64,000 bases of DNA from Spizellomyces punctatus DAOM BR117 (Eukaryota). Shown piece by piece: positions 61,601 to 64,000 of the stretch. The notes beneath the pieces were generated by a model. That model was given only the letters and a program-made list of their open reading frames with translations, was not told where the DNA came from and did no database searches. The stretch lies in the NCBI GenBank assembly GCA_000182565.2, contig KQ257454.1; one strand, written 5' to 3'. The translations under genes and the position numbers were made by a program. Position 1 is the first letter of the stretch. Each line of letters opens with the position of its first letter.

Positions 61601-63633
61601 TCATTCTTGACAGGGAAGGCGGTGAAAGTAGCCTCTCCTCGTCTGGGCGGAGAGTCAAGTGGCTCGACATTACAAATTGTGAACGAAAGACTCTGGAGGG
61701 TGACGACGGTCATGAAGTATGGACGAAGAAAGTTGACTTGGAACTCCTTCCTGGCATGACGCAAGTGTTGGAGGGAGTGGTGATACCAGGAGAGGGGATG
61801 GATTTAAAGCTGTCAACAGTGTCAGTTGTGTTGGCGGCTTCGGACGGACAAGTGTCACTAAATTTCAATCTTTCTGAACGGGGGGAAGACACATCGGCAA
61901 GGCGCAAATGGTGTGTAATAGATGGCGCTGAATCGATCCCTCGCTGGGTTATGCTTGATGGTTATGGCGAACAAGCAGCACTCAGAGTCATTAGGCGACA
62001 GCCAAATCTATCGATTCATTTGACACATGCGCCCCCAGGGTATATTGACGAAGTTTACTGGGTAGTTGTTGAGGTCGTAAATGAAGAAAAGGAGGAAATA
62101 GAGGCATATCTTGATCTGGAATTCAGAAGCTCTGGAACGGATGGTGCTGATCCAACAAGTCATATCACGCAAAGGTTCGAAGATATTGCTGGCGAAGCAT
62201 CATCTCCCGCACAACCTGCCGGAAGCGACAGAAATGCAATATCCGCAATACGTTTAGGCGTTATTCCTTCGCTTTGTCGCGTATCGCAACGCTTCTGGCT
62301 TCGCTGCAGGCAAAACGCTGGCGAGCGGGTCATGTACAATACGGTGTACTACCGGACGACTTCGTCCACGGCCACGTTATCGAACACATTTGAAGCCCCT
62401 CAGCCATCGACTCATCCAGACCTTTTCTTCCGAAAAAATGAAAGTATCCGATTGAATTTCATTAACGGATTTGAGACAAAGTTCTCAATAAATTCAGAAT
62501 ATGGAATGCCATTTGAGACAACAGAGGCGGGACTGCTGTCGCTGCAGGATGCGGATGGCAGTCTGGAACTAGTTGAGAAACACAGCATAGTCGCCGCGGT
62601 CAAATGTGTCGGCCCTTGGGACATGGAAGTCGCGGAAGTAAAATTCATTCCAAGAAATGTTGAGGTACATTATACCATGCGCACTTACAGCGCTTGCCCA
62701 ATGTAATAATGCGTTGATTTTCCGTAGCAAACACAGGCTCAGCATCCCGGTATTCGCAGCGTGCTAGTCGAAACCGTAAATACGCTGCCCACATCCGCAA
62801 ACCCCATTGAAAGTAGGTATTTTCCATTCGGTTGTGGCAATAGGGCTGTGCTGGAACAAAATACTTCTTGGCCTGCAGGCTGGAAATCAGGACACGTATG
62901 GAACGGAGCGTATCATGCAATGGTTGCGGTCGACCCAGGCGCCGAAGTTGAGGCGATACCCGTCGGGGACATGGTGGTACGATGGCGAAGGTATGTACAG
63001 TGGGGATTGCGCACGGGCCCGAGGGCCGTCTTTCTCATGTACTCTCTGTGACAACAGACGGCAAACAGGAGATATCGAACCAGCATGGGCTCAGACAGTA
63101 CTTACAATACCGGATGTACCCCTTCAGCATAGAGATATATTGATCTGCGTTGGTAAGTTTTCTCTCTAATGTTCCCTTTCCTATCATAACGTCTCCTGAT
63201 ATTGTTGTTTCGCGCCATATCATCGGCAGACATCCCACCGTTGCTGCACCACACAACCCCATTCACCGTCACATACGAGTTGCACAATACATCGCTTGCA
63301 ATACATCATCTGTCGCTGTCTATGGAAGTCACTGAAGGCTTCGTTTTCAGTGGGTGCAAGCAAACGCACGCGCGAATGCTACCTCTCAGCTCAATGAGAG
63401 TGACATACAACTGTGTGCCAATGGTTTGTGGGAAGGCCGCCCTTCCTCGATTAAAAGTTATGGTGATCCCAGAAGGTGCAGAAGAGAAGGAAGGGTCCCC
63501 ACGGGAGGTGAAGAATGTACATGTTCGGGGCGGGGTGGAAGCCGGGTTGGGACCTGCTGGGGAGCTAATGGTATTTGTGAGGCCGCGGAGCGGTCAGCTA
63601 TTGGAACGACCGTCCGCAGATACGATGCTATGA
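58671..63633 (+). CDS. TRAPPC11: TRAPP III subunit TRAPPC11 (Foie gras/Gryzun domains), multi-exon
   Basis: MESYPLEYVLHHVPLM, SPLTPGSPLYPDGLM, RYEYKLAVFAEFRQD, HAGYYY, IELLTKSYEQFKK, YRKEHW, and FVFSGCKQ..LPRLKV. Confidence 0.93.
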
Positions 63634-64000
63634 GCTTGTCAGTATAGGTAGTGCAAAAATAATATGTTTTGATAATACAGATATCCCATCTTAGAGTACC
63701 GCTGATGGCGGACATTTTTCACCCACAAACCATATTACTGAGGGACAATGGGTGATTACCGTACAACGGATGGATCGGACACTTCCCGCATAGGGAACAT
63801 TAACCAAGGGAATTGTACAGTGATTTCTAGATAGCCTGAGGAATGATGAGCCGAACGCTGGAATTAAAGCGGCTCGGATGTCAAGGACGAATTAGAGGAC
63901 AGCGGTAGTAACACGAATACTGCGCGCCTCTGGTCTTGGGCGACAAGCGGACGGGGAGACAAGTTTATCGGTCAACAAAAGTATATCGAACTTAGGGTCC

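Overview
Eukaryotic, intron-rich fungal DNA with short GT-AG introns. It is most likely a chytrid of the Spizellomyces group (inference, mainly from a Fanzor omega-RNA-like sequence). The window has two parts. (1) About 2.1-26 kb is gene-poor and repeat-rich. It holds Tc1/mariner transposase fragments, an intron-containing tRNA-Ile(UAU), several families of short degenerate repeats (one derived from a tRNA 5' half), pseudogene relics, and three isolated genes: a 400-aa intronless orphan, an F-box protein and an intronless RtcA. (2) About 26.5-63.6 kb is a compact block of housekeeping genes: ArfGAP, casein kinase I, PP2C, eIF3h, CTK3-like, PSD1, EIPR1, a GPI-anchored protein, F-box/WD40/UIM, RPL19, RDS3, CSL4, mL44, PPR, ARP8 and TRAPPC11. 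The top finding is a ~130-bp TA-bounded element with no protein ORF at 19109-19240 (-). It carries a 75-nt Fanzor1 (eukaryotic TnpB-like) omega-RNA scaffold with a rebuilt second stem, followed by a flank-derived guide. A second, decayed copy of the same element sits at 34711-34833 (+), just upstream of eIF3h. Gene names and the omega-RNA match come from motif recognition and memory, not database searches, and exon boundaries were read by eye.
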